A stretch of 64,000 bases of DNA from Eledone cirrhosa (GCA_964016885.1 OZ024745.1:68944001-69008000); one strand, 5' to 3'; positions 51,110-64,000 are shown, counted from the stretch's first letter. Notes: generated by a model from the sequence alone, not told the origin. A program made the numbers and translations.

Positions 51110-51152
<43 letters not shown>
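51110..51152. repeat. (TG)n microsatellite
   Basis: Directly visible. Confidence 0.95.
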
Positions 51153-51156
<4 letters not shown>

Positions 51157-51370
51157 AAAGGTAAACAGAAATAACAAAACAAACGAAACTACATAGATGA
51201 AATATATTAGTCTTACAGTTTTGGACACTAGTCCTTAATTAGAAGATAGAGTTAGAAATAGAAGATAAATAGAAAGTAAAGAGCAATAAGAGGAAGGAAA
51301 TGGGGAAATATAAGAGAGAAAAAGAGAGAAAAAAAACAGGTGTGTATTCAGTCAGCCATCTTGAAGCGTT

Positions 51371-51372
<2 letters not shown>
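51153..51372 (-). mobile_element. Penelope-like fragment with decayed hammerhead (51211-51246), same family as 40775-40950
   Basis: Shares AAAAGG.AAACAGAAATAACAAA.CAAA and GTTTTGGACACTAGTCCTT.AT.AGAAGA with the 40.8-kb copy. Confidence 0.65.
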
Positions 51373-51432
<60 letters not shown>

Positions 51433-51644
51433 CGTTTCTGAATTTGTTTAGCAAGATTCTTTATCTGAAATCGTGTGTTGAAACCGATATTGTTATACTT
51501 TGGGAGGGTCATGTTGTCAATAAGAAACACACGCACCAGTTGCTTTCACTTCAATTTATTATATATTTATAAATTTATAAATTTATAAGTCTATAAATTT
51601 CTGGTTGGTTGGTTGGTTCCACAACCAGATAGTTGTTTATATAT

Positions 51645-51689
51645 AGTCATAGTTCTTTCGTCACACACTATGTGACTTCTTCAGTAACT
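51645..51689 (-). ncRNA. Minimal type I hammerhead ribozyme (left arm)
   Basis: AGTTA-CTGAAGA-A-GTCACA(TAGTG)TGTGAC-GAAAG-AA-CTA-TGACT. Confidence 0.75.
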
Positions 51690-51798
51690 GGGGATTCCTT
51701 TCTTTGTTTCTGTGCCTCTCCTTTGTTCTGTCCTACGCCAAACAAAATGGCGTAGGACAGAACAAAGGAGAGGCACAGAAACAAAGAAAGGAATCCCC

Positions 51799-51843
51799 AG
51801 TCACTGAAGAGGTCACAGAGTGTGTGACGAAAGAACTATGACT
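51799..51843 (+). ncRNA. Minimal type I hammerhead ribozyme (right arm)
   Basis: Stem I AGTCA/TGACT, CTGAAGA 51804-51810, stem II GTCACA/TGTGAC, GAAA 51829-51832, 2-bp stem III, CUA triplet with predicted cut after 51838. Confidence 0.78.
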
Positions 51844-51993
51844 ATATATAAACAACTATCTGGTTGTGGAACCAACCAACCAACCAGAAATTTATAGATT
51901 TATAAATTTATAAATTTATAAATATATAATAAATTGAAGTGAAAGCAACTGGTGCGTGTGTTTCTTATTGGCAACATGACCCTCCCAAAGTAT

Positions 51994-52083
<90 letters not shown>

Positions 52084-53333
52084 CTCTTTAAAGTTAGTAA
52101 AATGTTGACACAGGAACCATGTAGAAAAACTGTTAATTTTTTAAAATATCCTAATGATGCATATCTTAGTTCCATAATTCCTGCCTAAAGTAAAATTGAT
52201 ATTTCACTCACATTCCCATTCATTTTGAAACCTTTATAACGTCTTCAACGAGAAGGAATGTACAAGGATGGCTATATATGCCTATATATATAGACACAGA
52301 TTAAGTGAAAGGTTTCCTAGCATTTAAAAAAATTGGATGTAAAACTAAAACTCCTTTGAAACATGCGTAAGGGAATAAATATAGTTTTTTTAAATAATAG
52401 AAGTTGATTTTTTCATTGGTATATTTGTTTATATTTGCTCTGTGTTTATGCCTACACCTCCACATTTATCTCACTAATAACTTCTTTCTCTTCAAACCTT
52501 TATATTATATAACTGCATTGAGCTTATCCTAAAAAGATGTGGCAATTACATACTATCATATGTAATTCTCTAATTTCTTCTGAGCATTGTTTGTATAGTT
52601 CTACCTTTCCTATAATTATATATATACATATATATATATGTACATATAAATGAACTGAATATTATCACAGACTAACCACTACTTGGTAATATTTTTCAAT
52701 ACAGTGCTTTTTATTGGTAAACCTATATCTGTTGATGTACGAATGTTGTACTTCCATGTGTGAGACCTGTTGAAATATCTATACAAAGAGACCATTTGTT
52801 ACTGAAATATCAATCAACAACAAATGTATCATAGATTTATCCAATTCCAAATTGGATAATGTACAGTATATTATCTGATTTCAGCAAACATGTCAGAAAA
52901 CTTAATTGCCAGGTGTGAAAGAATGATCATTGTCATAATCATCACCCTTTTACATCCAATTTCCATGCTGGCATGGGTTGGACGGGTTGTTATGGCCTGA
53001 AACTAGATGTGGCATAGTTTTCATATTTGGGATGACCTTCCTAATGCTAACCACATTTCAGGGTGTCCTGGATGCATTTTATCATGGTACCATCATTACC
53101 ACTTTACAGAATGTACTAGGTGCATTTTTCTAGGCACCAACATATATGTTAGAGTTATTCTTTTATATTAAATCACTTGAAACGGCACTTCGTTCTACAA
53201 TACAAAAATATTTATTTTGAAATGTATATATATCACCAAGTTAATAATGAGGTTATATTTCTAAATCCATCAAAATTGGTTATTATTTTCAAGATATTTT
53301 GAAAATCATAGTATCATTTATTAAAAATATGAT

Positions 53334-53520
53334 AATTGTTTCTACTTTAGGCACAAGGCCAGCAATTACCCAGTGCATTACTGGTACTTTATTTTATCGA
53401 CCCCGTAAGGATGAAAGGCAAAGTCAACCTCGGCGGGATTTGAACTCAGATCGTAAAGGGACGTAACTATGCTGGAAAGCATGGCGTCCGACCCTCTACC
53501 GATACTGCCAATCCACCACA
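53334..53520 (-). mobile_element. Young full-length Meta-like tRNA SINE
   Basis: Minus strand TGGCAGTATCGG A box, GAGTTCAAATCCCG B box, GCCTTTCATCCTTACGGGGTCGATAAAATAAAGTACCAG; CpGs retained. Confidence 0.9.
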
Positions 53521-54020
53521 GTATTTTTCATTAGAAATATGGAAATGAAAGAATTAAGAACAGAAACAACAAAATACACAATACAAACCATGTCTGTTAA
53601 CATTTTTCATTCTTTTATACAAAGCTGTTTATTTTTAAGTGTTTATATTTATCTGAAAAATTTCCACTATAATTTTATATAAAAAAACTTAAGTTTTGTT
53701 CAAAATACCAGATAAATAACGAGGAAGTTAATTATATTACAAAATCTTTAAAAGCCTATTTTAATTTGATGCACAAGTGGTTTAATATTCTGTAACATGT
53801 ATCATTAACATAGATCTAAGAGAGGTACAGTATGATACAAGATGTAACAAGGCTTGCCCTTTGAATTACAGATTCATCTCATTTTTACTAGCATCATTGA
53901 CAGGAGCAATATAAAGTAAATTGCCTTGCTAAAAATCCTAATGAATCTCTGGGAACTGAAATCCCACCTTATGATTGGGAGCCATTCTAACCTTTAAACG
54001 ACATACCCTCACAGGATGAA

Positions 54021-54517
54021 AGTAAGTCACAAAATAATTGTTTCTACTTTAGGTACAAGACCAGCAATTCTGGGGGAGGGAAAAGTCGATTAAATCGACC
54101 CCCAGTGCATGACTGGTACTTTATTTTATTGACCCCATAACGATGAAAGGCAAAGCTAACCTCAGTGAGATTTGAACTCAGAACATAAAGAGCCGTAACT
54201 ATGCCATGAAGCATGTTGTCCAATGCTCTACCAATACTGCCAATCCACTGCCCTTAGTAAATCACAAAATAATAATAGTTTCTTATATAGGCACAAGGCC
54301 AGCAATTTGGGGGGAGGGGAAAGTCAATTAAATTGGCCCCTGTGCATGACTGGTACTTTATTTTATGGACCCTGTAAGGATGAAAGGCAAAGTTAATCTC
54401 GGCAGGATTTGAACTCAGATCATAAAGGACTGTAACTCTATTCTGCAAAGCATGGCGTCTGACCCTCTACCGATACTGCCAATCCACTGCCCTTAGTAAA
54501 TCACAAAATAATAATAA
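54021..54517 (-). mobile_element. Two tandem Meta-like SINEs separated and flanked by a triplicated target sequence
   Basis: AGTAA(G/A)TCACAAAATAAT at 54021, ~54256 and ~54495. Confidence 0.85.
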
Positions 54518-54574
54518 TATGAATTGAGTTTTGTGGCAATTTTGAAAACATTGACAATATTGTAATTTTTTTTT

Positions 54575-54826
54575 AATGACTAAAAGACCATTGCATATAA
54601 AGAAATAAAATGAAGTGTTTTATTCTAACTTTTCAGTCTTAAAATACTTTCATCAGTAAATCGGTATGTCAGAAAGATTTTAATGCTGCTCTTCCAAACT
54701 TCAACTCCAATTTGACTGACCATTAACCTATGTTAAAATCTTTCTGGCACACCAATTCACTGATGAAAAATTTGAATAAAACCAGGTTTTATGTTTTTAC
54801 ATGCATTGTTTGGAATCTTAGTCATT
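54575..54826. repeat. Old imperfect inverted duplication
   Basis: Core TTTCATCAGTAAATCGGTATGTCAGAAAGATTTTAA (54648-54683) pairs with TTAAAATCTTTCTGGCACACCAATTCACTGATGAAA (54733-54768); outer AATGACTAA/TTAGTCATT. Confidence 0.75.
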
Positions 54827-55874
54827 TAATAATTTGTAATAATAATAATAATAATAATAACAACAGTAATAATAGTTTCTGATATTGGCACAAGACTAAC
54901 AATTTTATATTTTTGTGGGGGAGGGAACTGGGGGTCGATTAAATTGATTCCAGTACTTTGCTGATACTTTATGTTATCAAACCCCAGAAAGATGAAAAGC
55001 GAAGTTGACCTCAGCAGAATTTGAACACAGACTGAAAAGGGGCAGAAAAAAATACAATAAATCACTTCATCCAACACCTTAACAATTCTGATGATGATGA
55101 TGATTATGATTGTGCTAGTGATGATGATGATGATAGCAGTAGTTGTAGTAAGCTATGTAAACCACTTAATACATGAAGTCAATATACAGTGATCATCATC
55201 ATTAGCTAACTTGGAGTTGTCTCCAGTAGTTTCATGGACAACCCAAGAATTACTTTCATGAATTCTAGTAACAACCAGACTCTCCGTCAGCCAGGAGAAT
55301 GAGTTTAACAGTTTTTAGCTATGCACAGAAAGAAATGCACTGCTGACATTTTATACTTTAAACATTATGCAAAAGCAACCTAAAGGCATCCTCTTCAGCA
55401 AGTTCTTATCGTTCAGTAAAGTTTGGCAGACAACCCAAACATTTACATGCCAAAATTCCATTTTCCCAGAGGAAAAATAGATTAAAAAAAACCACAAACT
55501 TGTGTCACATTGTTATAACCAGACAGTAAAACTTAATACAGTAAGACAATTACGGGAAGGTGTTTTTAAGCTATATTATATATTTCAAAACAGGTAAAAC
55601 ACACAGACACACATCTATTTTTATCGTTGTAACTTCATTAAGCCAAATAAAGTAGATGTTTTTACTTTATTTTCATATAGTTGGATAGTTAAGGAATTCA
55701 CTTCATAATCACATTGGTCTGGTTTCAATCCTACTGTGTGGCACCTTAGGCAAGTATCTTCTACTATAATCCCTGGTTGACTAATGGTCTGTGAAGGGAA
55801 TTTGGTAGAAACAAACTGCAGAAAGCCATCATATATACATATGGTAATAATTATATCTATTTATTTATATATAT

Positions 55875-56120
55875 TGTCATTATCATCATCATTTTACATC
55901 CATTTTCTCATGCTTGCATGGGTTGGATGGGTCCTTTTAAGCATAACATCTCTCCACTTGCAGCCTTTCTTCGTCATCTCCTCTGTAAGTCTCAGTGTTT
56001 TGAGGTTAGCTCTCATCACCTCTGCCCAGATCTTTCTTGGTCTACCTTTACTGTGGCTTCCATTCAGTGGCATTTCTCGGCACCTCTTCACCCATCGATC
56101 ATCATCCATGTGCATCACAC
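55875..56120 (-). mobile_element. RTE LINE 3' terminal fragment
   Basis: ORF 55894-56118 MHMDDDRWVKRC...GRPRKIWAEV, close to the 3' end of the 61.7-kb element; (ATC)n tail. Confidence 0.9.
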
Positions 56121-57672
56121 GTCTTATATATATAATATTTTTATCTGTATATATAGTAAAGAATTTTTTATTATTATTTAAACATGTTTACAGACTTGAA
56201 TATAAAAAAAAGTGTGTTTATGTATATGTTTCATGCATTTTCAGTTCAAAACCTGTATTTTATGTACAGATAGGAATTTATAATATACTTCAGCTGTTTG
56301 GTGCACAATATAATGTGTGTCTGTGTGTATTACCATCATCATTATCATTTTATATCGACCAATCCATTGTAGCATGGGTTTAACAACATTCTTTGAGGTA
56401 ATATTTACAGCCAAGAGTTTGAGTCTGGGTCATATTTATGTCCTATATCTTAGCATTATGAAAAAAAAATAGATCACTGAAATCAAACTTGAAAAATAAG
56501 TACTGGGGTCAATATGATTAACTAAATCAAGGTGGTTCTCCAGCAAGGCTACACTCTAATAACTGAAACCAATAAAAGAATATATATTGCTTCTCTTATA
56601 AGTATTATCTTTTCTTGGAATGACAGAATCATTAGAGTGGGTATAAATTTCCTTGCATTATAAAGTGCAGTTTTGAATAAAGTGGTTGAAAAATATTTTT
56701 TTCAAATAAAAACAAAAAGCTGTAAAATTCAACGTTCTGTTACACATGAAAATGTATCATCAAATTTAAGGGAAACACATCTCTTACTCTACCACAATTA
56801 TTTTTTTCCTGAGTTTGTCCACTTCCAGAGAACCCGATGCTATGCATCCCCCAAAACAATAGCATAAATAGGCATCTTAATAGGAATGTCTTGAACATAT
56901 ATCTTAAAACACTTATGTATAAATAAGATACTGAAAGTTTACAAAGGAAACAATTGTTCCCATTGATCTTTCCATTGTTGATACTAACTACTGGCCCCAT
57001 CATACAAAAAGAGATAGAATTTGAACTCAGAATGTATGGAACAGAATCTCATACCACAAAGCATCTCATCCAACTCTTTAACAATTCCAGCAATCAACTC
57101 CTTCCCTTGACTGGTATTTATTTACCAACCCCATAATGACAAGCGGCAAAGTTGACATCAGAAACTGAAAATAGAATTACAACAGAACAAATTATAACAA
57201 TCGGCAAATTAATATTTTTCACAGGAAAACCAGCAGAGCTTGTGAATAAATTTATTAAACGATATCAATTAGTTTTCAAGTAAAAATATCTTAATCACCT
57301 TCATTCATTATAATTTTGTGCTACTTCACACATAAAATATCACACAAGATGATGATTTTTGAAGAAGTAATTAATCTTAGCAATTACTTTCAATAATTCA
57401 TCTTTACACTTTTAAATAGTTTTAAGATAAATAAGAGATAATCAATAATCAGATTGATTTCTTTCTTATCAGAAACTGGTGCAATTACCTTAAGTCAACT
57501 AAAATTATGTAACAGGAAGTCTATTTTATATAGACAGATGTCTCAGTAGTGTGAAAAGCTAAAGCAAACAGATAGTAATCTTATATCTACTAGCTGTTAT
57601 GATTGAAGACTTTTAGAATAATATGAATTCCAACCTTTGCTAGCATGGCAAATGGATGTTAAATCATGATGA

Positions 57673-57892
57673 TAGTGGTAATGATAATTGTTTCTACTTT
57701 AGGCACAAGGCCAGCAATTACCCAGTGCATTACTGGTACTTTATTTTATCGACCCCCGTAAGGATGAAAGGCAAAGTTAACCTCGGCGGGATTTGAACTC
57801 ACAATGGAAAGGGCCGTAACTCTATGCTGCAAAGCATGGCGTCAGACCCTCTAACGATTTTGCCAAGTCACCGCCCTAGTGGTAATGATAAT
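57673..57892 (-). mobile_element. Meta-like SINE with 16-bp TSD
   Basis: TAGTGGTAATGATAAT at 57673-57688 and 57877-57892 flanks a full SINE. Confidence 0.92.
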
Positions 57893-58733
57893 GATGATGA
57901 ACATTGTCAAATAAATAATTTTGTAAGATAGGAAGAGGGGCAATTTCAATGGTTTAGTATCAAAAAGATTAAAAATTAAAACAAAGTATTACCTCTTGCT
58001 CTGAGAGTAACATTGTCACAGATAACACCCCAAAACACCCGTCACATTAGCCACTTCATCTCACAGGGCTCCTTCCTTAGGTGGGATGTACACCTCCTAA
58101 TTTTGTGAAGGAAAATGGTAGTTCTGGAATCAAGGACACTGAATGTCGGAACAGTTTCAGACATGAAAAGAAAGTAGTCAGTTTAGTCTCAATATTTGGA
58201 CATCTATTCTTCTGTGTTGCAGGTGGCAGTGCCTGGGTATGTGGCCAAAGTGACAGGGTTGAAGGTGGAGAATGTATTGCAACACATGACTTTTAAGATT
58301 CCAGATTTATCTCACTTGAGCAGAGAAACAGTTCTTCTATCTGGGTGCTTAAGAAATCTATGAGGAAGCGAATTGAGGAGGTGGACATTAAACTGTAATT
58401 ATACAGCAGTTTTTACAGTCCATTGCTGGTGTAATTTTATGTCTACTACAGCCATGTATAGATAATATCATGTTTAATAAATGGCAGCAGAAATGAAAAT
58501 GCACAGAGTTTGAATATTTCATCCAGGATTTTAGTTTCAATCTTTCCTTTTCTACTTTGACAGTCATAAACTGCAATCAATTTAATATACTATGTATAAC
58601 CCCACCTCAATATTGACTATCCTATAAAAGTTGACCTTGTTTAAAGTAATCAATAAACTCTACCAGTTAAATCAACATTTCCCAGTGAAAATAAATAAAC
58701 AAATAAATATCTGACTAGCATGTCTATACAAAA

Positions 58734-58922
58734 CTGGTAATAGGCATAGGTTAGATGTAAAATGTAGGTTCACTCCTACTGCCAGCTGGTAATAGACCCA
58801 AGCTAGATGAAAATATAGGCCCACCTCTCCTGCCAGCTGGTAATAGGCCTAAGCTAGATGAAAATGTAGACCTACCTCTCTTGACAGCTGGTAATAAGCC
58901 CAAGCTAGATGTAAAATGTAGG
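58734..58922. repeat. 51-bp minisatellite, ~3.7 copies
   Basis: CTGGTAATA at 58734, 58786, 58837, 58888. Confidence 0.9.
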
Positions 58923-60639
58923 AACCCCAAAGCTGATTATAGGTTTTTTGGTACCAAACTTTCTTAAACTGCCACTGGTTCAAAACTTTATATTTACCTA
59001 AAATCCTTCCATCATAATTTTATCTAAGAAATTTTATGTTGTTTCAAACATCAGGTAAATAAATTAATTGTATTACTAAATTCTTTCACATTCTTGATTA
59101 ATTAAAAAAATCATTTGAAAATCATTGGCAGAGAATTTCATTAAAAATATGGTAACGTAAGGGTTAAACCTGTTTTTCCTAGTCAAAAATGTAAATGTCT
59201 GAGAATTTATTTCTATTTCTGATATTCATATGTAGAATAGATGATGTATGTACATGTAATAGAATAAAGCTCTATAATTCTAGGTAATTAGATCCTCTTG
59301 AAATCATAAGCCAATGCCATGCAATACTAAATATCTGGATTCAATATAATTGAAGAATGAAATAAGATGAAATTTACAACTCACATATACTGGTTTAGTT
59401 TCCCCCCACCCCATGAGGTTGCATCTCTGGGTGAAGTTCCTTGGGTGTTTGAATGATATGATCCCCAGTTCTACCACGAAAAACAATATGGAATGAAGTG
59501 TTTTGTTCAATACTGCAATCTACCACCCTATCCAAGAATTTAACCTAGGGCTTTATGATTGTGATCTTAACATCCTAACCACAAAGCCACATGTTTCCAT
59601 TTTCAATATAATTCATTCAGCTATAGATTTGGTGTCAACTATGTTTTGATTTAAGAGATATTTTATATAAAAGATGATAGCCATACAGTTCTGGTCAGAA
59701 CTAAATCCTGACTATCATTGGTAGATATATTTGAAGTTGTTTGGGAATACTCTAAATGTTGGATGGGGAACCTGCAGCCTTCTGGAGTAGTTCTGGATTT
59801 TGCATTACAGAAACTCCACGAAACAAAACTCTATAACAAAATCCCCATTCCTCTACTATGTAGGTTTTTGTCCAGTAGGGTGAAGTTGTTATCCAGTGCT
59901 CTTGTCATGGTTGGCTTTAGATTACATAGCCAGCTTTGACAATAGTACTTTGAAGAAAATAAAACATATCTCACTGGATTCATTTTGCATGTTCCATTCA
60001 AAGACAAATGCATGAAAATACACACACACATGAAAGTACACACACACACACACACACACAGAAAGAACCAGTAAGGGAACTGTAACATGTATATATGTAA
60101 TGAATCTGATGAATTGGAAGAGATATTCTCCTTTTATTGAAAGGAGATTTGTTGACAATGGTATTCGATTACGCTTATTCGATGCAGCCTTTGTCATTGA
60201 TGGTGACTCATCATACTAAAATATCAGGTGATCTTCATGGGAGTGCTTGGTTATTCCAGCATCTTGGCCTGACTATCACCCTTAGCAATGCCACAAAAAT
60301 ATTTAAAAGGAAACATCAACATAGCTATGAGATGTTTTAATCATGCCTCTATTGCTGGTTCATATCCCATCTTTGCTTAAGTTTAGGGTCAGCATCATGT
60401 AGAGAATAAAAGTTATTGTATTAAATAATATAAACTGAAAGACAAAGTATATTGGTTTAAGTTTGTATCCTTTGTGCATCAAAAATATAGTTTTCCCCTT
60501 TCTTACATTTATATACATTGATAGATGTATTATAAAACACAAGCACATAATTACACCAGTAGAAAAACCTTGGAGTATTTCTGTATTTCTGCTAGCATAT
60601 ATGTATATGTATGTGTGATTGTGTAAGTATATATCTTCT

Positions 60640-61020
60640 TCACCCACTTATTGCTGAGTGGGTTATGGAGGAAGAGTCCTCAAACACTCCTTCCAGTGGG
60701 TCCTGTCAGAAGCAACTATCTCCAATAGATCTGGCTGGATCCCCAAGTGACATCAGCCAAGCTTATGGATGTTATCCAACCATCATGCTCAGAGTCTATC
60801 AGAGTCTACCAGCGATTCTTTTCTGAGACATTCTAACCACATGCTCATAATATCAGAGCTGTGATTTCTCAATTTGGAAAAGTAGTAGCTCTACCTCGAG
60901 TGAGTTTCTGATCTCAGAGTTATGTACTCTATTGAGTAACATTACCCCAAAAACTCTTCAGAGGAACCCCATTTCAGCCGCTTGAATTCACGATCATATT
61001 CTTTTGGTCATTACCATAGG
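60640..61020 (-). mobile_element. RTE (Expander/Rex3-like) 3' fragment
   Basis: Minus strand IQAAEMGFL.RV.GVMLLNRVHNSEIRNSLEVELLLFQIEKSQL..YEHVVRM. Confidence 0.75.
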
Positions 61021-61668
61021 TTTGGCATATATATATATCCCTTGCTAGCATGGAAAATGCATGTTAAATGATGATGATATCTATCTATCTCTCATTTATA
61101 TATAGTCCATTTCTCCCATGTTGGCCAGGATGTTTTTCAACTGTATGCTCTTCCTGGCACCAAACTTTTTAGTCATCTTTTACAACACTCATGGATACAA
61201 TGTACTCATTCATAAAAACCAGGTTACACCCAGCAAAGTATATATATCTATAGGAGGGGGATGATGCAAAATACATCAAGTGAAGAGGATGAGATATTTT
61301 CATTCTCTTCAAAGGAGAGCTATTGTCAAAAATACCCCACCACCATCTTCCATGATGTTCGTTAGTTCTTATATGTAAACAACGATAGAGTAGAATATCT
61401 TACTATGAAATATATCAAATATTTAACCTTGTGACTGAGAAAAGAAACAGTGGTGGTTATGGTTGGTTCAACCACACTTCCATGTTATAGTCATTATTGA
61501 TTTCAGGATATATATTGCACATACATAGATCATCTCTTTATTGATTTCACACCGTTAAGAAATGTAGTTAATATAAGATAAACAAAAATTGTTTGCATAT
61601 CATAACAAAAAAATATGAACACAAACGTATTATACCTACAACACACACACACACATATTATATATATA

Positions 61669-64000
61669 TCATCATCATCATCATCATCATCATTTTACGT
61701 CCGCTCTTCCCTGCTTGCAAGGGTGGGACGGGTCTTATTCAGCACAGCATCTCTCCACTTGTCACGGTCCTTCGTCAACTCCACCATGAGCTTCAGCGAT
61801 CTGAGGTCTGTTCTCACCACCTACGCCCATGTTTTTCGTGGTCTACCTCTACCACGTCTTCCTTCAACTGGCATTTCCTGGCACTTCTTCACTCATCGGT
61901 CATCCTCCATGTGCATCACATGTCCATACCAGCTCAGTCTCCTCTCCCGTACACTATATTCTATCCCTCTCAGACACAGTTTCTCTCTTAACACATTCAT
62001 GGTGGGTTGTTCATGCATATTGACAGTGCACATCCAACGGAGCATGCTTGCCTCATTTCTCTCCAGCCGTCGCATATCCTCTGCAGTTGCTGCCCATGTC
62101 TCACTACCATGCAACATCGTGCTCCTCACACAGGCATCTTATAACCGGCCTTTCGTACGCAGGGAGAAACCCTTCTTCGTCAGCAGAGGAAGCAGCTCCC
62201 TAAACTTCTTCCATCCAACCCATCCTTATTCTAGATACTATGGCCTCAGAACACCCCTCCCATGCTAATCTGATCTCCTAGGTACCGGAAGCTATCCACC
62301 ACTTCTAAAGCACCCGCCTGCATTTTAAAAATGTGTCTATCAATGCGACTTCTACTGTCTAATTTCCCTGTTCATCTACTGCATACATATTTCTCCCTAC
62401 CTATTAGTTTGCCTGCTATCCTGCTACATCTCTTGTGTACCCAGGATCTGCATTGTGTGCATTTTATAGAATTTATGCCAGTTCCTTTTTTGCATATCGA
62501 ACATGGCCATTTCCCTGACGGAATCCGAGTTTTGTCCTCTTTTCTATTCATCAACACTTTTGTCTTAGCTAGGTTCACTCTCAGTCCTCTTGCTTCCAAC
62601 TGCTGTTTCCATAGCCAGAATTCTCTAGCTCCTCTACTGATTCTGCTATAAGAACCAGATCATCAGCATAGAGAAGTTCCCATGGACAGCCAGTCTTAAA
62701 CTCCTCTGTTATGGCTTGGAGGACTATAATGAACAAGAGCGAGCTGAGGACCAAACCTTGATGTACTCCTACTTGTATCTGGAATTCCTCACTAAACTCC
62801 ATTCCGACCCTGACTTTACTGACAGTACCTCTGTACAAAGTTTGCACTGTCCTCACAATCCATTCCTCAACACCTAGTTTCCTTAGGGACCACCAGATGA
62901 CAGATCGAGGTACCCTATCAAAGGCCTTCTCTAGGTCAACAAAGGCTAAGTATAGTGGCTTATTTTTCTCTAAGAACCTCTCTTGCAATTGTCTCACCAA
63001 GAAGAGGGCATCTGTTGTACTCTTCCCAGGCACAAAACCAAACTGCATCTCATCTAGTTTGACCCTTTCTCTAATTAGTTGTGCTAATATCCTTTCTGCC
63101 ACTTTCATAACCTGATCCATCAGTTTTATACCCCTATAATTGCTCCTCTCCAGAGCATCCCCTTTACCTTTGTAGGAATTTATGAGAATTCTGCTGCACC
63201 AGTCTTTGGGTATGACACCACCATATATAGCCTGATTGATGATGCATGGAACCAGTTTAGTGCCTACGTCCTCTGATGCCTTCAGCATCATAGCAACTAT
63301 TCCCGATGGTCCAGCAGCCTTACTATTTTTCATTTCCTTAATCGCTTCTTGGACCCTATATTCGTCAATCTCAATAGCTGGTCCCTCTATCGGATCTACT
63401 GAGGGTAATTTCTCTCTCTCCTATTTGTTCTCCACATTCATCCCTCTCTCATAATGACATTTCCAGGCCTCCTTTTTCTGACCATTTGTGACACTAAGTA
63501 CACCGGCATTGTTCCGGACACATTTATCTCCAACAACATCCTGATTTGCATTGACACACTACCTTGCAATGTGGAACACCACATGCCTCTGATCTTCCCA
63601 TCGCAGAACATTGGCAAACCTCCTTCTCTCAGCCTCCCTGCGTGCTAAGTACACCTGACGTCTAGCTTCTCTCTTAGCGGCTGTATATTCTTCCCTACTC
63701 CCACCCTTTTTCCAAGCCTTCCATGCTAGTCTTTTGTCTCTAATGGCCTTATCTACTGTACTGTGCTGTTCCACCACCAGGTCACTCTCTGTCTGGTTGG
63801 AGCTCTGCTCCAGCCATAAGTTTCATCAGTAGCCTGCAGTAAGTTGTCACGTAAGAAATTCCAGTTATTATCTATGTCATACATCTCTAAATCATCTTCT
63901 TTTTCGTCATACACATCTTGAAGGGCTTTCCTAAATTTTTATTTTAGTGAAAGGTCTTTTAGCTTCCAGACCTTTCTTCTCCACACCTTCCTGTATGTCT
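61669..64000 (-). mobile_element. RTE-clade LINE, 3' 2.3 kb (runs past window end), frameshifted RT
   Basis: ORF 62581-63333 has KAAGPSG, NYRGIKL, QFGF, AFVDLEKAFDRV, GVHQG..LS, YADDL; downstream RWYGHVM; tail (ATC)n at 61669-61692. Confidence 0.97.

Larger units (their letters stand above)
51373..52079. mobile_element. (TA)n-flanked palindromic Penelope-like element: arms 51487-51740 and 51748-52001 (254 bp), 7-nt loop
   Basis: About 5 mismatches between arms; hammerhead in each arm; left arm extends 57 bp further; (TA)n at 51373-51429 and 52000-52079. Confidence 0.88.

Noticed and set aside
51239-52188. YI-repeat ORFs
   Set aside because: Read-through of (TA)n tracts
55784-56383. 199-aa ORF
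   Set aside because: Antisense to an RTE fragment plus SINE and AT-rich sequence
57990-58400. GC-balanced segment as a coding exon
   Set aside because: Stops in all frames examined; faint similarity to a LINE endonuclease only
58734-58922. Regular 51-bp repeats as a CRISPR-like array
   Set aside because: Whole units are repeated with no unique spacers; no cas genes; eukaryotic context
61593-62268. 132- and 217-aa plus-strand ORFs
   Set aside because: Antisense frames of the RTE element

Overview
AT-rich, repeat-dense eukaryotic DNA with no recognisable intact host gene. The tRNA-derived SINE families, RTE LINEs with (GAT)n tails and long (TA)n tracts suggest a coleoid cephalopod, probably Octopus (inference). 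Identifiable content: several RTE-clade LINE fragments (largest 61669-64000, minus strand, with RT domain), CRE-clade RLE retrotransposon ends (6.1 and 31-32 kb), at least two abundant SINE families, hAT, Tc1/mariner and TTAA (piggyBac-like) MITEs, and micro/minisatellites. The most striking signal is two near-perfect ~500-bp palindromes, each flanked on both sides by (TA)n (28636-29330 and 51373-52079). The second carries a minimal hammerhead ribozyme in each arm and looks like an inverted pLTR pair of a Penelope-like element. Further hammerhead-like remnants lie at ~14, 16303, 21149, 40869 and 51211. Three more diverged fold-back duplications (1882, 43456, 54575) appear to have formed in place, two of them across repeat/host junctions. 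A bipartite non-autonomous BovB-like RTE lies at 19069-19798. Most ORFs in the supplied track are spurious. Family names come from motif recognition, not database searches.
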